64,000 nt of DNA from positions 5,394,001-5,458,000 of the forward strand of contig CM035355.1 of the NCBI GenBank assembly GCA_020137815.1, given 5' to 3'. The translations under genes were made by a program, and so were the position numbers. The stretch comes from Hormiphora californensis. Taxonomy: Eukaryota > Animalia > Ctenophora. Below, piece after piece: positions 44,191-57,400 of this stretch; within the stretch, counting starts at the first letter, position 1, and the number at the start of each line of letters is the position of its first letter. Below the pieces are notes generated by a model. That model saw only the letters and a list, made by a program, of their open reading frames with translations, was not told the origin of the DNA and made no database searches.

Positions 44191-45747
44191 ATGAAAACAA
44201 GGAAGTCTATTCGAAAAGCTAAATCTTTTTCAACCAACAAGGTGCTGAGTGGAAAAGTGAATTTGATTAAAGGAACACGAATAGATTCTCATCCATACCT
44301 AAAAACGGAACAAATTGAAGTTGTCGCTGAAAATGAGGTTAATTCCGAAACTCCCAAGGTTCCATCAGGCTCCAGGAAAGACCTCATTTTTCTTCAATGT
44401 GAAAACTGCCAGAGTTCAGGTTACCACCAAATTGATTCGGCCTACAGACTGGTTGATGTTTCCATACTGACGGATGCTGGAACTCAAACAGAAGCACTAA
44501 TTGAGACTGCTTCTGTGAGTCATGACGTTGACTCTGTGGAAATTGTCAAAGTTGGAAGTTTTCCGGGTTTTAACTTGGGTCCTTCTTCTGCTGATCGTTC
44601 TCCAATCGTAATCTTATCGTCTTCGGAAGAGAGTAAGTTTCTAATATTAGTACACCTATACATGGTACAATGTAGCGATTTTAGTTGAAGTTACATATTA
44701 TCTACTTTACATGTCATTTCATAGTTCATACTTTACAATTTTACAATACATTACCTTTCAGATGTTGATAATAGCTCCGACAGCGAGGATGTGTTATCAG
44801 ATGATAGCAGTACCGATGAAGAGCTCAGTGATTCAAGTGAAGAAGAACAATCAGTTCCCCAACAATCTCAATTCCAAAACTCCTCCAAACAGACCCTTTT
44901 TCTCCCGCAGCCTCAAATTCAACGCTCGTCCAAACAGGCCCCTTCTCCGCGACAGTCTACACGTACACAACCACCTTCTAAACAGACCCATTCTCCCCTA
45001 TATTCTACTCAAAATATAGGCTCCAGCAAACATATAACACCTCTTTTTGATACTGCTGGTGGTTACAAGTGTATACTACACAATTGTTCTGTCAGTAAAC
45101 GATCAATTGAGGACTTGTTTGAGCATGTTAAGACTGACCACCCGGATACACCCCATCGCTGTGATCTTTGTCCCTCAGCTTTTGAGTTTCCATACCAGTT
45201 GGCCCGGCATAAAACTCACAGTGGAGAACAACCCGTCCGAGAAGAACCAAACAATATTCAAACAAACAGTATGGAATTTGAGGAATGCGGTAAATGGTTT
45301 GTCAAAACACCAGTTGCAGAACATCGTATGATGAATTGTCGTGTTTGTAATGAACGGATATGTAAAGAGGAAATGGACGAACATATCAAAACTTTACACC
45401 CTAAAAAGTATTTTCCATGTCATCTTTGCCCCAGTATTTGTACATCACGCTTTAGCTTAGACAAGCACAAATTAAAACATAGAAGTGGCTCGAGTAAAAG
45501 TTATGAATGTGGGCTATGTAAAAAGACGTTTTCGGATAGAAATCACTTGGCGAGGCACCAAATTGTACACACAGGGGAGCGTCGTTTTAAGTGTGAGTTT
45601 TGTGGGACATTGTTTACCACACAGCACGCCAAGAAAAGGCACGTTAGAAGAGCCCACACAGGGGAGAAACCTTTTTCGTGCACTCACTGTGGGAAGAGGT
45701 TTGCTGCCTCGCACAAAAGGCTGGCTCACGAGGAGTCTTGTAATTAA
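44191..45747 (+). CDS. C2H2 zinc finger protein, 2 exons (44191-44632, 44762-45747)
   Basis: In-frame GT-AG splice, acidic Ser-rich linker, and about 7 C2H2 fingers with HTGERRFKC and HTGEKPFSC linkers. Confidence 0.88.
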
Positions 45748-45919
45748 TGCAGAGGGCGATTAAAAACTTTATTTATTTCGTGACACACAGTTGCTGTATT
45801 TTAACTAATTTATTCATCACTGCATTTTAATCTTCTTAAATATTTATTCCTTTACTGCATGTTTATTAAATTAGCTGTTGTTCTATAGTATTCAGTGTTT
45901 ATCTATTTGTCTGAAAATA

Positions 45920-46190
45920 CAACCATGATATAACTATCCCCATTACTAACTCGACCCCCCCCCCCCCCCCCCCCCGATACAACCATATTACTATCCCCAG
46001 ACCCCATTACTAACTATCGTCTATCCCCCCCCCCCCTGATACAACCATATTACTATCCCCAGACCCCATTACTAACTATCGTCTATCCCCCCCCCCCCCC
46101 CCCGATACAACCATATTACTATCCCCAGACCCCATTACTAACTATCGTCTATCCCCCCCCTGATACAACCCCATTACTAAATATCCCCAT
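45920..46190. repeat. Minisatellite of about 62-nt units (GATACAACCATATTACTATCCCCAGACCCCATTACTAACTATCGTCTATCn)
   Basis: Three full and two partial copies separated by poly-C runs. Confidence 0.9.
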
Positions 46191-46196
46191 CTTAGG

Positions 46197-46547
46197 ATGA
46201 ACCTCCTCCAAATAATTGTGATATGTTTGGTGTGTGTTGCTATCATCTCTCTCGCATCCTTCATCTGTTCCTGCTGTCTACGGACCATCCAGAGGTACCC
46301 CAGTTACAGCGATTGTAGCAGTTCCCTAGATGATGATTTACACTCCACAACCGATTCTGAGGCTCCCCTCCTAGACCCGGACAACTATAACTACGGAGCT
46401 ACAGCACCTACTGTGGATGGTTTGAGTGATGGAAGGTTCCGGCCGACCCCCTTCAGGCAGGCTGAGTTTGTCGTGAGATCAGAGGCACCTCCACAGTATG
46501 ACGACCTGTTTGGTAGTCGAGCCTCGCCGTATGGCAACTATCCATGA
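46197..46547 (+). CDS. Small membrane protein with Cys-rich juxtamembrane segment and PPxY motif (WBP1/VOPP1/Shisa-like architecture)
   Basis: N-terminal TM (LLQIIVICLVCVAIISLASFI), CSCC, dileucine EAPLL, and PPQY WW-domain ligand. Acceptor CTTAG 1 nt before the ATG. Confidence 0.65.
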   Translation: MNLLQIIVICLVCVAIISLASFICSCCLRTIQRYPSYSDCSSSLDDDLHSTTDSEAPLLDPDNYNYGATAPTVDGLSDGRFRPTPFRQAEFVVRSEAPPQYDDLFGSRASPYGNYP

Positions 46548-46872
46548 GAAATGGAATGTAATTTTTTTAGTAGAGTGACAATAAAACACTTTAAATTGTT
46601 TTTAATTTCAAGTATTTTTGTAAATGTTTTTTATAAGCTTGGTTTTGATTTGCACGAAAAGTTTCTTTTTTGACGTAATCGCTTCTTATCTGTAAGAAAT
46701 TCTAGCCTGTTCTCCGCTTTAAGGAGAAAAGAACGGAAGAAAAGGAAAAAAATAGAGAGAGAGAGATAGAGCGCGAACAAAGAGACAAGAGCGGAGGAGA
46801 TAAGAGAGATAGAGAGAGCGAGCGAGAGAAGACGCGCGAAGCCTCTTTTTATATATCGGATCTCTATAGCTC

Positions 46873-46932
<60 letters not shown>

Positions 46933-46969
46933 TCTCTCTCTCCCTCTCTCTCTCTCTCTCTACAATAGG

Positions 46970-48427
46970 ATGGAGAACGTTGCACCGGGTGTGATGCGGG
47001 CTGTGGGGAAAGAACTCCGGGAGTTGTCTGCCTCGCCTATTGAGGGTGTCACAGTGGCTATGAGTGAAACAGACTTCACCTGATATTACTGCCATGATTA
47101 CTGGACCAGGTAAGAACTCGTTTTATTCAGCACTTTCTAAGATCTACAGAACAGAGTTTGACACCACTCACCTGAAATCTGGTACTAGAGGTTCAAGCAG
47201 TAGGAATTAGGGTATGAGGTCACCACCAAGTACAGTACAATAACTAAAGAAACAGTGCTAAGTCAAAAATATGAGAAAGTATACTTTGTTTTTGCTTTTG
47301 CTCACAATCGGATAGAAAAGCTCTCTGCAACCTGATCTTGTAATTATCTTATCTCCCTTTTTATCTCTAAAATCACCTGTTTCAGAACAGACTCCTTTTG
47401 AGGGAGGTGTCTTTAAAATCAAATTGGTTCTAAGTAAAGACTTTCCAGCTAGTCCCCCTAAAGGTATGTACTAAATGTGAAGTTATATTCTGAAATCTCA
47501 TTATCATGCTGGATCTCGAATACAACACCCCCTTTTTCTCCAGGTTATTTCGTTACTAAGGTGTTCCACCCGAACGTTGCTGATAACGGAGAGATATGTG
47601 TTAATACACTAAAAAGGGATTGGAAATCGACCCTTGGTATTCGTCATGTTTTAATGGTTAGTTGGGGTTGGTAAAAACATGGATTAGACTGTCATCTTGA
47701 TCTCGAAATGGAAATACTTACTGTTCTCTAGTCCAAACTTTTTGGAAATAACTTTGTTACAGAAATGTAAATACTTACAATTATACACATCATTACTGCC
47801 TCTTTTCTCCTCCGATTGAGATCACTCAGTTGCAAAAGTCCTGGAGAGTTCGCATAAAGGGTACGCGCGCAACTTGTCTCTAATAAAAAGTACAGCGGGA
47901 TCGTTTGTTAGCACTTGGCGCACGACCGTCCGCGCGGTTTTACCCATCGAAATGAGAACATTGGTGGACCCCTCGGGGACACAGGCCACAGCTGCTGCAG
48001 CAGTCCTCCCCCTAGGGACGTAGACACAGGTCACAGCTGTTACGACCCGTATATCAATTATAATCCTTCTCTTTGTTCACAGACAATAAGGTGTCTTCTT
48101 ATCCATCCAAACCCGGAATCTGCCCTGAATGAGGAGGCTGGTCGTTTGTTACTAGAGGATTACGAGAGTTTCGCTGCTCGGTGAGTTGGGTGGGTAAAAT
48201 ATTGAGTTGGGAGATAGGTAGAACACGGGGGGATTAAAGGGTGGGGGAGAGGTGACATTGGGAAGTGATCTGTGATCAATTTGAATCTATTTCTTTACCC
48301 GTTCTTCTCTCTCATTAGGGCCAAGATGATGACCGAAGTACACGCCAAACCCATCTCAAAATCACACCCTGATGACGCGATACCAACCGCTAAACCAGCA
48401 AAGAAACGAGGCCTGCGACGGTTGTGA
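46970..48427 (+). CDS. UBE2S: Ubiquitin-conjugating enzyme E2 S, 5 exons; +1 frameshift near 47080
   Basis: [19 protein letters not shown]...[18 protein letters not shown]...[34 protein letters not shown]...[27 protein letters not shown]...AKKRGLRRL* (APC/C-binding LRRL tail). Confidence 0.95.
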
Positions 48428-48755
48428 GTTTTAGGATGAAATGTTTAGAAAGGAAGAGGTCCTTGCCTCTCTCTCTTTATTCAGTCACACATATTCTAGG
48501 AAGGGTAGCTAAGTTTGTACGCGGACTATGTTTCTGTATATTTGTTTTTTATTATGAGATTGTTATTGACAACTTACCTTGACAAGTTATTAGTTGTGTG
48601 TTTGTTTTTTGACTGGTGAGGTTAAAAAGGGTAAATACTTTTAGAACGATAATTAACAACCCCGGTTCATCTTGTGGAGTGTGGGATAAACAGCAAGGTT
48701 CACTGAGATCTTCAACCCCTTTTAACAAACTAACATTCTCTCTTTCTAGTTAGCT

Positions 48756-51700
48756 ATGAGTAATATCTATAATTTAGAGCCAGTAACGAAAGGGAAAGTC
48801 CTTCTTTACACTTCGCACGGGGATATCGAAATAGAACTGTGGAGCAGAGAGGTAAACACTCCAATTCTAAATTGTTAGAATTTGTTTGAAACTGCGTACA
48901 TTGTAGGCTATAAAAGCCATGAAAGGGATGACAATACGAAATATTAATGTTGTGTCTATGATTTACACCATGTTTGGTATTGTAATTCACCCATTATTAC
49001 TCTTCAGGCCCCCAAGGCATGCAGGAACTTCGTACAACTGTGTCTAGAGAGCTACTATGATACCACTATATTCCATCGACTGGTGAAGGGGTTCTGTTTA
49101 CAAGGTACTGTTTTGATTCTTCGAACTTCTATTTGATCGTGTTGAATTCAGCATTAAAGCACTAAAATATGTCACATTTTGATCACCATTATACTCCCCC
49201 TCCTTTAGAACTGGCGGCCCGGTTTTTTAGTTTCCTGAATCCCTCACTCTGTAACAACCTGTAACTAAATATATCATCTAAAATTATTCCTCCCCTCTAT
49301 TTCAGGTGGTGACCCGACAGGCACGGGTCAAGGTGGGGAATCAATATACGGTTCAGATTTTCCTGACGAAGTTCACCAGCGGTTAAAGTTCATCAGACGA
49401 GGGTTGGTTGCTATGGCAAATAGCGGAACTCCCGACTCAAATGGGTCCCAATTCTTTATCACCCTGGGGGAATGTTCGGAACTTCAGAAGAAACATACCA
49501 TATTTGGTAAAGTATCCGGGAATACGATATTCAATGTGCTACGAATGGCGGAATTGGAGACAGATTCAAATGAGAGGCCTTTGGAGCCCCCTGCTATCCG
49601 GAAGACAGAGGTTCTAAACAATCCTTTTGATGATATTGAACCCAGAGAGAGTCGACACCTCAAGGTATACAGCAATTAGGGGTGAAAGTTATCTCTTATT
49701 TTCTATCACCACTTCCCTACTAGACAGCCATGACATGCCATTATGTTGTCGGACTTGGAATTTTAGATCTATCTCAGATAGCATATCATCAACTTTGGGC
49801 AGGTATCTAAACAACCCGTACTTCAGGCAGAGAAAAAGAAAGAGAAGAAGAAGAGTCAGATGAAAGCCACTAAGAATTACAAGTTGCTCTCTTTTGGAGA
49901 TGAAGCCGAGGAGGATGAGGAGGAGACGGAACAGGTTGGAAACAAGCATTTGTTGTTTTGTCTGTTTTTACCTGTTTCACTTTGTCTGTTTGTTGGGTGA
50001 CGACTGTACGACTGCCCCCCCCCCCTGGTTGTATGTGAGAACTCCCAATTCGTATCTCCACTCAGCTACTTCATTCATCACTGATATTCCTACGTTTTGG
50101 TGTGTAAGAGAGCGCCTAGTTTGTATCTCCATGCACTCAACAGCTTCACAGAGAGCCTACTTGTTATATTATAACCATCCTCTACACTTTTTACCTCCCA
50201 GGTCAGTACTAAGATAGGAAAAATATCCAGTGCCCATGACAAGCTTAGCGATCCAAAACTCAGTAAAGAGATTGCGGTGACAAAGAAACAGCTGGAGGAA
50301 GACAGAACTGCAATGAAGACCCAGGCAGAGAAAATTAGGGAAAAGTTAAAGAAAGAATTAGAGGTATAATACCGCGACATAAATTTTCTGTTTTTAAATC
50401 ACTCACTTTTGATATATGCTTCCCTGGCAGTACCAACCCCGTTTTGATTCTTGGTATCGAAGACACCTCACACTCAGGCCGCTTCGGGCCTTCGTTTGGC
50501 GCGCTTCACGCACCGGCAAGGGAGGGGTAACTTCGTTACCAATTTTGCTTCTCTATTGCGACAGTGCACTCAGATAGGGCCACCAGATATTTGCAATGAT
50601 TTGATCGCTCTACAACTTTCATCAGGTGAAGCCCGTGGAGGAAGTTACTACAGCTAGAGATGCCAAGATAGCCTCCCTCAAGTCTGAGAGTGAGAAGTTG
50701 ATGGAGGAAATCAAGGGGATAGGGAGGGAGGAAAAGGGTGAGCAAGGTTCTGCCGCGGATAAGGATGCAAATCTGAATGCAGATGAAAAAGTTACTGTCA
50801 ACCAATTCAGGTATAGACTTTGTAGCAAGAATCTTGCAATTATGGAAAATACAGAGATATGTTTGCAAGTTGCAAGATATTTCTGTATTTTCCAACCATT
50901 GAGTCATGTATTGTCTTGGTTGATTACGTTAGTTCACTGTCGATATAGGTTGATGCAGAGTTAGGAAAGGGTCGTTGCAGCTGTGCAATAGATCCTGGGT
51001 TTGGATTCACCTTGATCGATTAATCGATACCTGTCCTTTTCTCACATATCGAGAATGGGTTTTGATGCACTCTGATCGATTAATCACGGTAGGAGGGACT
51101 TGAAAGAGTTCAAGGAGAAGCAGGGTGAAACGAAGGCAAAGACGAAGAGTGAACGAGAAAAGAGGACCATGTGCGCTCTGAAAGATTTCACCTCACAACT
51201 CAAGTCGGCAGCTAAAAAGGTTTTAATGATACCAGCTCCTTATGACTTTGGTGCTGTGCCCTTTCCCTCCTGATTCTCTCGCGCTTTCCAGAACACTTTT
51301 AATCCCGAAATCACCCTGTATCAGGCCAATGCTGTGACCACTGTGCAGTGTGCACTCCGAAATGAAAATAGGCCACCGCTCTGACAGGCATAACCTCTCC
51401 CCTCAGGATGCTGACACTGCCCCAGTGGAGCTGCCAGAAGATCTCACAGCTGAGGATGAGGAAGATATGCTGAATAATGTGAACTTGTTCTCTCACAGTC
51501 TTGTGGGTGAAGATAGCAAGACTAAGGTAGGACTTTTTATTTAAGTAACATGGAACATATTACATTGTTCATTTTGTAATGAACAGACACACCAATCATT
51601 TCAAAAAACAATAAAATGATGCTCTGAATACTTGATACACGTCCTTCTATAGCTTGTTCTACATCATATCACCAAATATGGGCCGACTAATCACTAAAAC

Positions 51701-52009
51701 TGCCTTCTTTTTCTCATTCCACACACGTGTGTGTGTAGATTGTGCACGATAAATAACTGGCTGTGGTTAGGCTGCATAATGATGCTTTGTGGACTCATCT
51801 TGTGCAGGAAGGCCATTCATTCGTGAAAAATTAACTTTGAGCTATAGTCACTGACCATGATAGCTCATAGCTCATTGTTCAGTGCCAGTTTTGGACAGTA
51901 GTGCGTAGAATGAATCAATGTTTGACTCGCGCTACTCAACTATTTTATTGGCTACTAGCACTACTTCGACAAGTATAGATACGCCTCTTTTAATTTCTTT
52001 CTGATTTTA

Positions 52010-52068
<59 letters not shown>

Positions 52069-52616
52069 CTTCTCTCTCTCTCTCGCCTTCTCTTTCTAAC
52101 TCTTTCTATCTCTCTCTCGCTACAAGTATTACTTCCTTTGACTGCGTGTTTTCACGTGACTTTATTGTTTTGTTTTATTTGTGTACACGTATTGTACACT
52201 CCCTATGACACTACACACTGCTTGCAATGCCAATCGAGGTTGGATCTCATGATCGTTCATTTTGTTTGTTTTATTTGCACTTCATATCTGTCAGAGTATT
52301 GGCGTACGAGAATAGTGGTCAGAGCATTGGCCCGACAGCTTCTTCTCAAATACTAAAACTACCATAGCATAGGCCGGTTTCCATGATAGGGTTACCACTC
52401 CCACTTGTTAACATCCAGTTACCACTATACCATTATCAACTATACCACCTCTATCTACAGGTAAAGGATGCTAACGTTGTCAATGACGATACCTATGAGA
52501 TATTTGACCCCCGGCACCCCATCAACAAGAGGAAGAGAGGAGACAAGGGGAAAAAGAAGAAGGAGGGGGGAGGTTCAGATAATGACAAGTGGAAACGTAC
52601 TAAAATACTGACCTGA
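48756..52616 (+). CDS. CWC27: Spliceosome-associated cyclophilin CWC27, 9 exons
   Basis: MSNIYNLEPVTKGKV...IELWSREAPKACRNFVQLCLE...FHRLVKGF..QGGDPTGTGQGGESIYG...NGSQFFITL..CSELQKKHTIFGKV...NPFDDIEPR...KNYKLLSFGDEAEE...YEIFDPRHPINKRKR. Confidence 0.96.
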
Positions 52617-52886
52617 TGACGTCATAATGTGTGACGTCATAATTGAGATATTTGACACACCAGAGATAATTGAGTTCAGTTCAAGTGGACACGTGATACC
52701 TGACCCCAGTTTGTGGAATGAAGACTCTTTTTATCAGATCTACATTTGTTTTACCACATTGTAAAACTTCTTTATATTTCTTTCCCCACAACCAGGCTTG
52801 CGTGACGCGATATATGTCACGCACAAGTATATATTACTTTGTTATCTCTCTCTCCCATAATTTAGTTGTCTGCATCCTCTCAAAAT

Positions 52887-54135
52887 ATGTTTGCCACCCA
52901 GCGTAGCTTTGATGGTGATTTTGTAAGGAGAAGAAGAAAGAAGTACCATGTGATTCAATCCACTACAGCCCCTGATCCCCAATTACCTACAATCATGGGG
53001 TCCTTCTTTATGGGCTTCAAATTCTTCAGGAAGCTCACCTACCCTCTCCAGTTAAAACACCTCTGTCATTCTATTAAACGTGAGTTATGGTGGGAAGCCC
53101 TCCCCATATCGTCTATACTCTTTATTATTACTCCCAACTTCCCAGTTCAAAACATGTTTTATTTTAAATTCTAATTCACACCCCTCTAATCTCTATAATA
53201 TCTTCTATTCTCCCCTCTCAGATAGTGACATTCATTGGTACGATGTGGTTGATGAAGTGGTAGTCCTGGGTGCCATACCTCTCCGACACAAAGACTTTAC
53301 CTGGACCACTAACCTGGTAGGAAATGTGTGCCCCCTCCATACCCCCTGAAATGTCCTTCCACCCCCCCCCCTTCCTGAAATACCCCCCCCCCCCCCTCTT
53401 GAAATCTTTTTTACCCCTTTCTATTCTTGTCTGGCGACAATGCGCTCAGATCGGGTCACTAAATGTTAGTATCTCAGCTCGTATTGTGCGTGTGACCCCC
53501 CCCCCTCTGTTTGATTAACTACCAACCCATTTGTAAAGTAACAAGTCACCTCTCCAGAATATAAAAGGAGTTATATCGCTGAACGAGCCGTACGAAACCA
53601 AACGATCTCTCACCGTGGAGGAATGGTCTCAGAATCATGGAGTTGAAAATCTCAAGTTCAACGTGGCCGATCACGTTGGTGCTGCGACCCTGGTAAGGAC
53701 AAGATTGCAGGTCAATGTTAGTTTGGTTATACTGCGATCAGAGAGTCTCAGTGCAGTCTCAGAACTGTTGATTATTATATGGCATTCCCATTAGATTTTC
53801 ATTCTGGTCAAACGCCGGCCATGGTCGGTACTTTTATTTATTTTCTGCATCCTGTAACCATGACAACAACAATTCCTCCCTAGGAAGAGGTCCAGGAAGT
53901 GCTCGCCTTCATCACCCGGATATCCACAACCCACCCCGGATCTAAAGTCTACATTCATTGCAAAGCTGGCAAGGGCCGCAGTGCTAGTGTGGTCATGTGT
54001 TATCTAATATCCAAGAACCCCGGTATGACTCCAGAACAGAGTTTCGATGCCCTGAGGGAGAAACGATCTCAGATCAGCCTCGGAGCGAAACAGTGGCAGC
54101 TTGTTAGGAACTTTTATGCTCTTACAAAAGACTGA
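52887..54135 (+). CDS. PTPMT1: PTPMT1-like phosphatidylglycerophosphatase / dual-specificity phosphatase, 4 exons (start may be 52995)
   Basis: WYDVVDEVVVLGAIP, GVISLNEPYET, VADHVGAAT, VYIHCKAGKGRSASVVMCYL, REKRSQI. Confidence 0.85.
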
Positions 54136-54471
54136 ATGAGTTGAATGGAACTCGAACAGAGGGGTTATTTAATGATATATTTAGTTTAATGGCTGAGATA
54201 CGACCGAGAGAATTCTAATAAAAGGACGGTTCAGATGCTGAAGTTTCAAATATTACAGAGTGGGGTTTGATAATATTTTGAAATATTTTGGCTAAATATT
54301 GATATTCATGACTGAGAACTTATAGCTGTATAATTTGGAAAAGTTTGAGAGTCATTTACTAATTGAGTCGTTTACTAATTGAGTCAATTACTAATTGGTG
54401 ATTTACTAATTGAGTCATTTACTAATTGGAGCTAGTATCGAGGTAGATGTTATATTTGTGTTGTGTGTTGT

Positions 54472-57400
54472 TTAATTCTGATACTTTTTCCATTGTCCTA
54501 CAAAATACTGCCTTTCCTCTGGTCTCAATGCCCCCAGACCCCCTTCCAGTAGCTCCCTCTCCCGCTCACTCCTCCACATTTTAGAGGGGTTATTGTCGGT
54601 GAGGAATCTATACACACTCTCCTTTGTGACGTCACTAATTGCTGGTTTCAGAATGTTCCAGACTCTTTCCACCACTCTCTTATCTATCTGGAGAAGAATT
54701 TTGAGGGTAAATTTCTGAGAATTCTAAGAAATTCAAAGAGGTACCAATACCATAGATTAGAATTAAAAACATACCGAATTCGGTATCTTTTTAATTCTTA
54801 TCTATGGCATTGGTACCTCTTTGAATTTCTAAAGCTAAGAGTGACTCACTCAGTCAGATAAGACCCATGAAAACAGAATCAGATTCTTCAAAACTCTTCT
54901 CTCCCTCCAGATCCTGTGGATATGTAACCATGGTAACCTACCTGATCGCGTTGTAACCTATACGTAACCATGGTAACCAGGGATTCAGCTTGTAGCCAGG
55001 AGTCCGTGTGGGCAGTGAAGGAGCCGTAGAACACTAAAACACAACATGGTCAGGTACACATTCATTTTGTTGTGTACAATGTTTTGTTCGGGTTTTAGTC
55101 TTTTCAAATGAATCGCAGGTCACCGGAAGTAAGACTTCCACAGTTTTGTTTATTAAAATAAGATAAGACTCAATAATATCGATTCTTATCTTGAGTCAAT
55201 ATTTCGAGCTTGAATGACCCAAAGTTGTCACGCCGACATACTTTGATTTCGGAGTTCTGTGATTGTGGCAGGTTAAGGTCATTCAAACTCGAAATAATTC
55301 GACAAGCTGAATTCTCAATGTTATCACTTGTAGTAGTAAGTGATAAAATTAAGAATTTTAGAGTCTCAAAAAAGCCCCCATAAAAAAGTCGCTTGGCAAA
55401 TTCCCTCGTCGCTCGGCAATTGGTTCGGCAACAACAGGTGGTTTGCCGAGCCAGTCGCTCGGCTAATCAAGGAAGTCTCCGTGATTTCACCGCGTTCTTA
55501 CAGAAAAAGCACATTTTTTCAGCACTTTGTATTTTTCAGCAGGAGATTTTGAAAAAAAGTGCTGAAAAAATGTACTTTTTCTGTAAGAACGCGGTGAAAA
55601 CACGGCGACTTCCTTGATTAGCCGAGCGACTGGCTCGGCAAACCACCTGTTGTTGCCGAACCAATTGCCGAGCGACGAGGGAATTTGCCAAGCGACTTTT
55701 TTATGGGGGAGAGTTTATTGAGATTTTAATATCATTTAGAATTTTAGAAGGCTGTTATACTTCAGAACTAATTCTCCCTACCCTTTTTAGTGGTCCACAG
55801 TCTAAAGAAGGTGTCCCAGGTGCCTGTAAAAGCAATGGCCGGGGAGGTCAGGAAGTGAGAGTACATCGAGAGGGGGAACTCAGGATCCCCGGGGTAGAGG
55901 AACAGGAATGTGATATTGAGCGAGGGAGAGGGACATGGCAACCAGTGAAATGGGAGGTGAGTCCTGAAACAATATCAGGTTATTAGATATTCGAATTCTT
56001 TTGACTGACCCCGAGTTGGATTAAGGCATACATTCGAAATAAATGTTGGCTCAAAATCCATTATATTGTTTGTTGTTCATTGTGGGTTTGTATATCCTGT
56101 CCAGTTTTGGGTCCTGTCCAATATCTGTCAACCTGAGCAGTGTCCTAACCTGATAAGTCGGTGTCCCCTGACTGGTTGCTGGACAGCTGTTGCTACCCCG
56201 TCAACCTCTAACCAGTGGAACCTATCCTCGTCAGGAGGGAGGCCCAGCATTAACTGTACCATGACACGGAGTATTATGGAACCTGGAGAGAGAGTGAGTT
56301 AGGGAGGCCCAGCATTAACTGTACCATAACACGCAGTATTATGGAACCTGGAGAGAGAGAAAATGAGTTAGGAGCGATCCGAATTATCTGAGTTACTTTA
56401 CTACGCCATAATTTAGAAACTTCAAAATTATTTGTCTGACGTTATTTTTATGAAGTTTTTGAGTTATATAGCTTCATTCTAGTGAACAAAATAGTACGCC
56501 ATTTCGTTCTGCGGAACCATGCTGATAAGTGGCGATCTATATTTCACTAGGGAGGAGTGGTGAAGCGAAAGCCGACCAGTCCGACAAATTCGCGGAAACA
56601 TTTCGCCACAAATTTGTCGACTGAATTGAAGTATATTTGCGTTGGTAAAGGAATAACGGTAGAGAGAGAGGGGGGATTGAGATAGATGAGTCGTTCTCAC
56701 TTCCCTCTCTTTCTCCCTTACTTGTTTTAGTGACGGGTCTGGGCAATAACTTGGCAATATATATATCCTAGTCCCGCAATGGACCCGGGTGCCAACACAT
56801 GTGTCCTCTGACACAGGACATGACAAAATACTAGGGGGGGGGCGACATGTTAATTGTTAATAAATCACCTCTTTTTTCCGATTTTGTTAATTAACGTTAA
56901 TTAACAAAATTAACAAATGCTAAAAGACTGTTCTTATTGGGTGATAATACGACTTTAACTGGTTTAATTTTATAGTTTAATGACTTATCTAACGCATATT
57001 TACCCTAACAAGTCCTATTCCGATAACCAAAGTCCGATAAACAGATTTTTTGGCTCAAAATCGATAAAAATCCAAAAGTTAAAAATATTTCAATTTAGGG
57101 TATAAAATCTCACTTTAACGTAATTTTTCATTGATAATCGATTCTTTGGACTTAAGAAGATGATGTACAACGTTTCTGTTGCAAAAAGAAATATAATTTT
57201 TCCAAAATCAATTTTTGGTCAAAGATTTAAAATTTGCTTCGCTACAAATCCTTGCGTTTTTTTAGAAAAAATTATTTTTGGGATATTTTTTGTTTTAAGG
57301 TAAATTCATGAGTCTTATTTAGTTTTTAGGGTTGGAAAATGTGGATTAGGGTCATTTGACTTCAATTGCGGTTTAGTTTGGCCAGTTATTATTAAAATTT

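Noticed and set aside
45920-46190. Regularly spaced repeats resembling a CRISPR array (also 6690-6900, 40785-40870, 54350-54430)
   Set aside because: Head-to-tail minisatellites without unique spacers, no cas genes, and eukaryotic context.
47070-47090. UBE2S (and Munc18) as pseudogenes
   Set aside because: All other exons, splice sites and catalytic residues are intact in normally essential genes, so single-base consensus errors are more parsimonious.
50470-50550. Small GC hairpin cluster in a CWC27 intron (similar at 56540-56630) as a snoRNA or tRNA
   Set aside because: No C/D or H/ACA boxes or tRNA cloverleaf found. More likely a repeat remnant.
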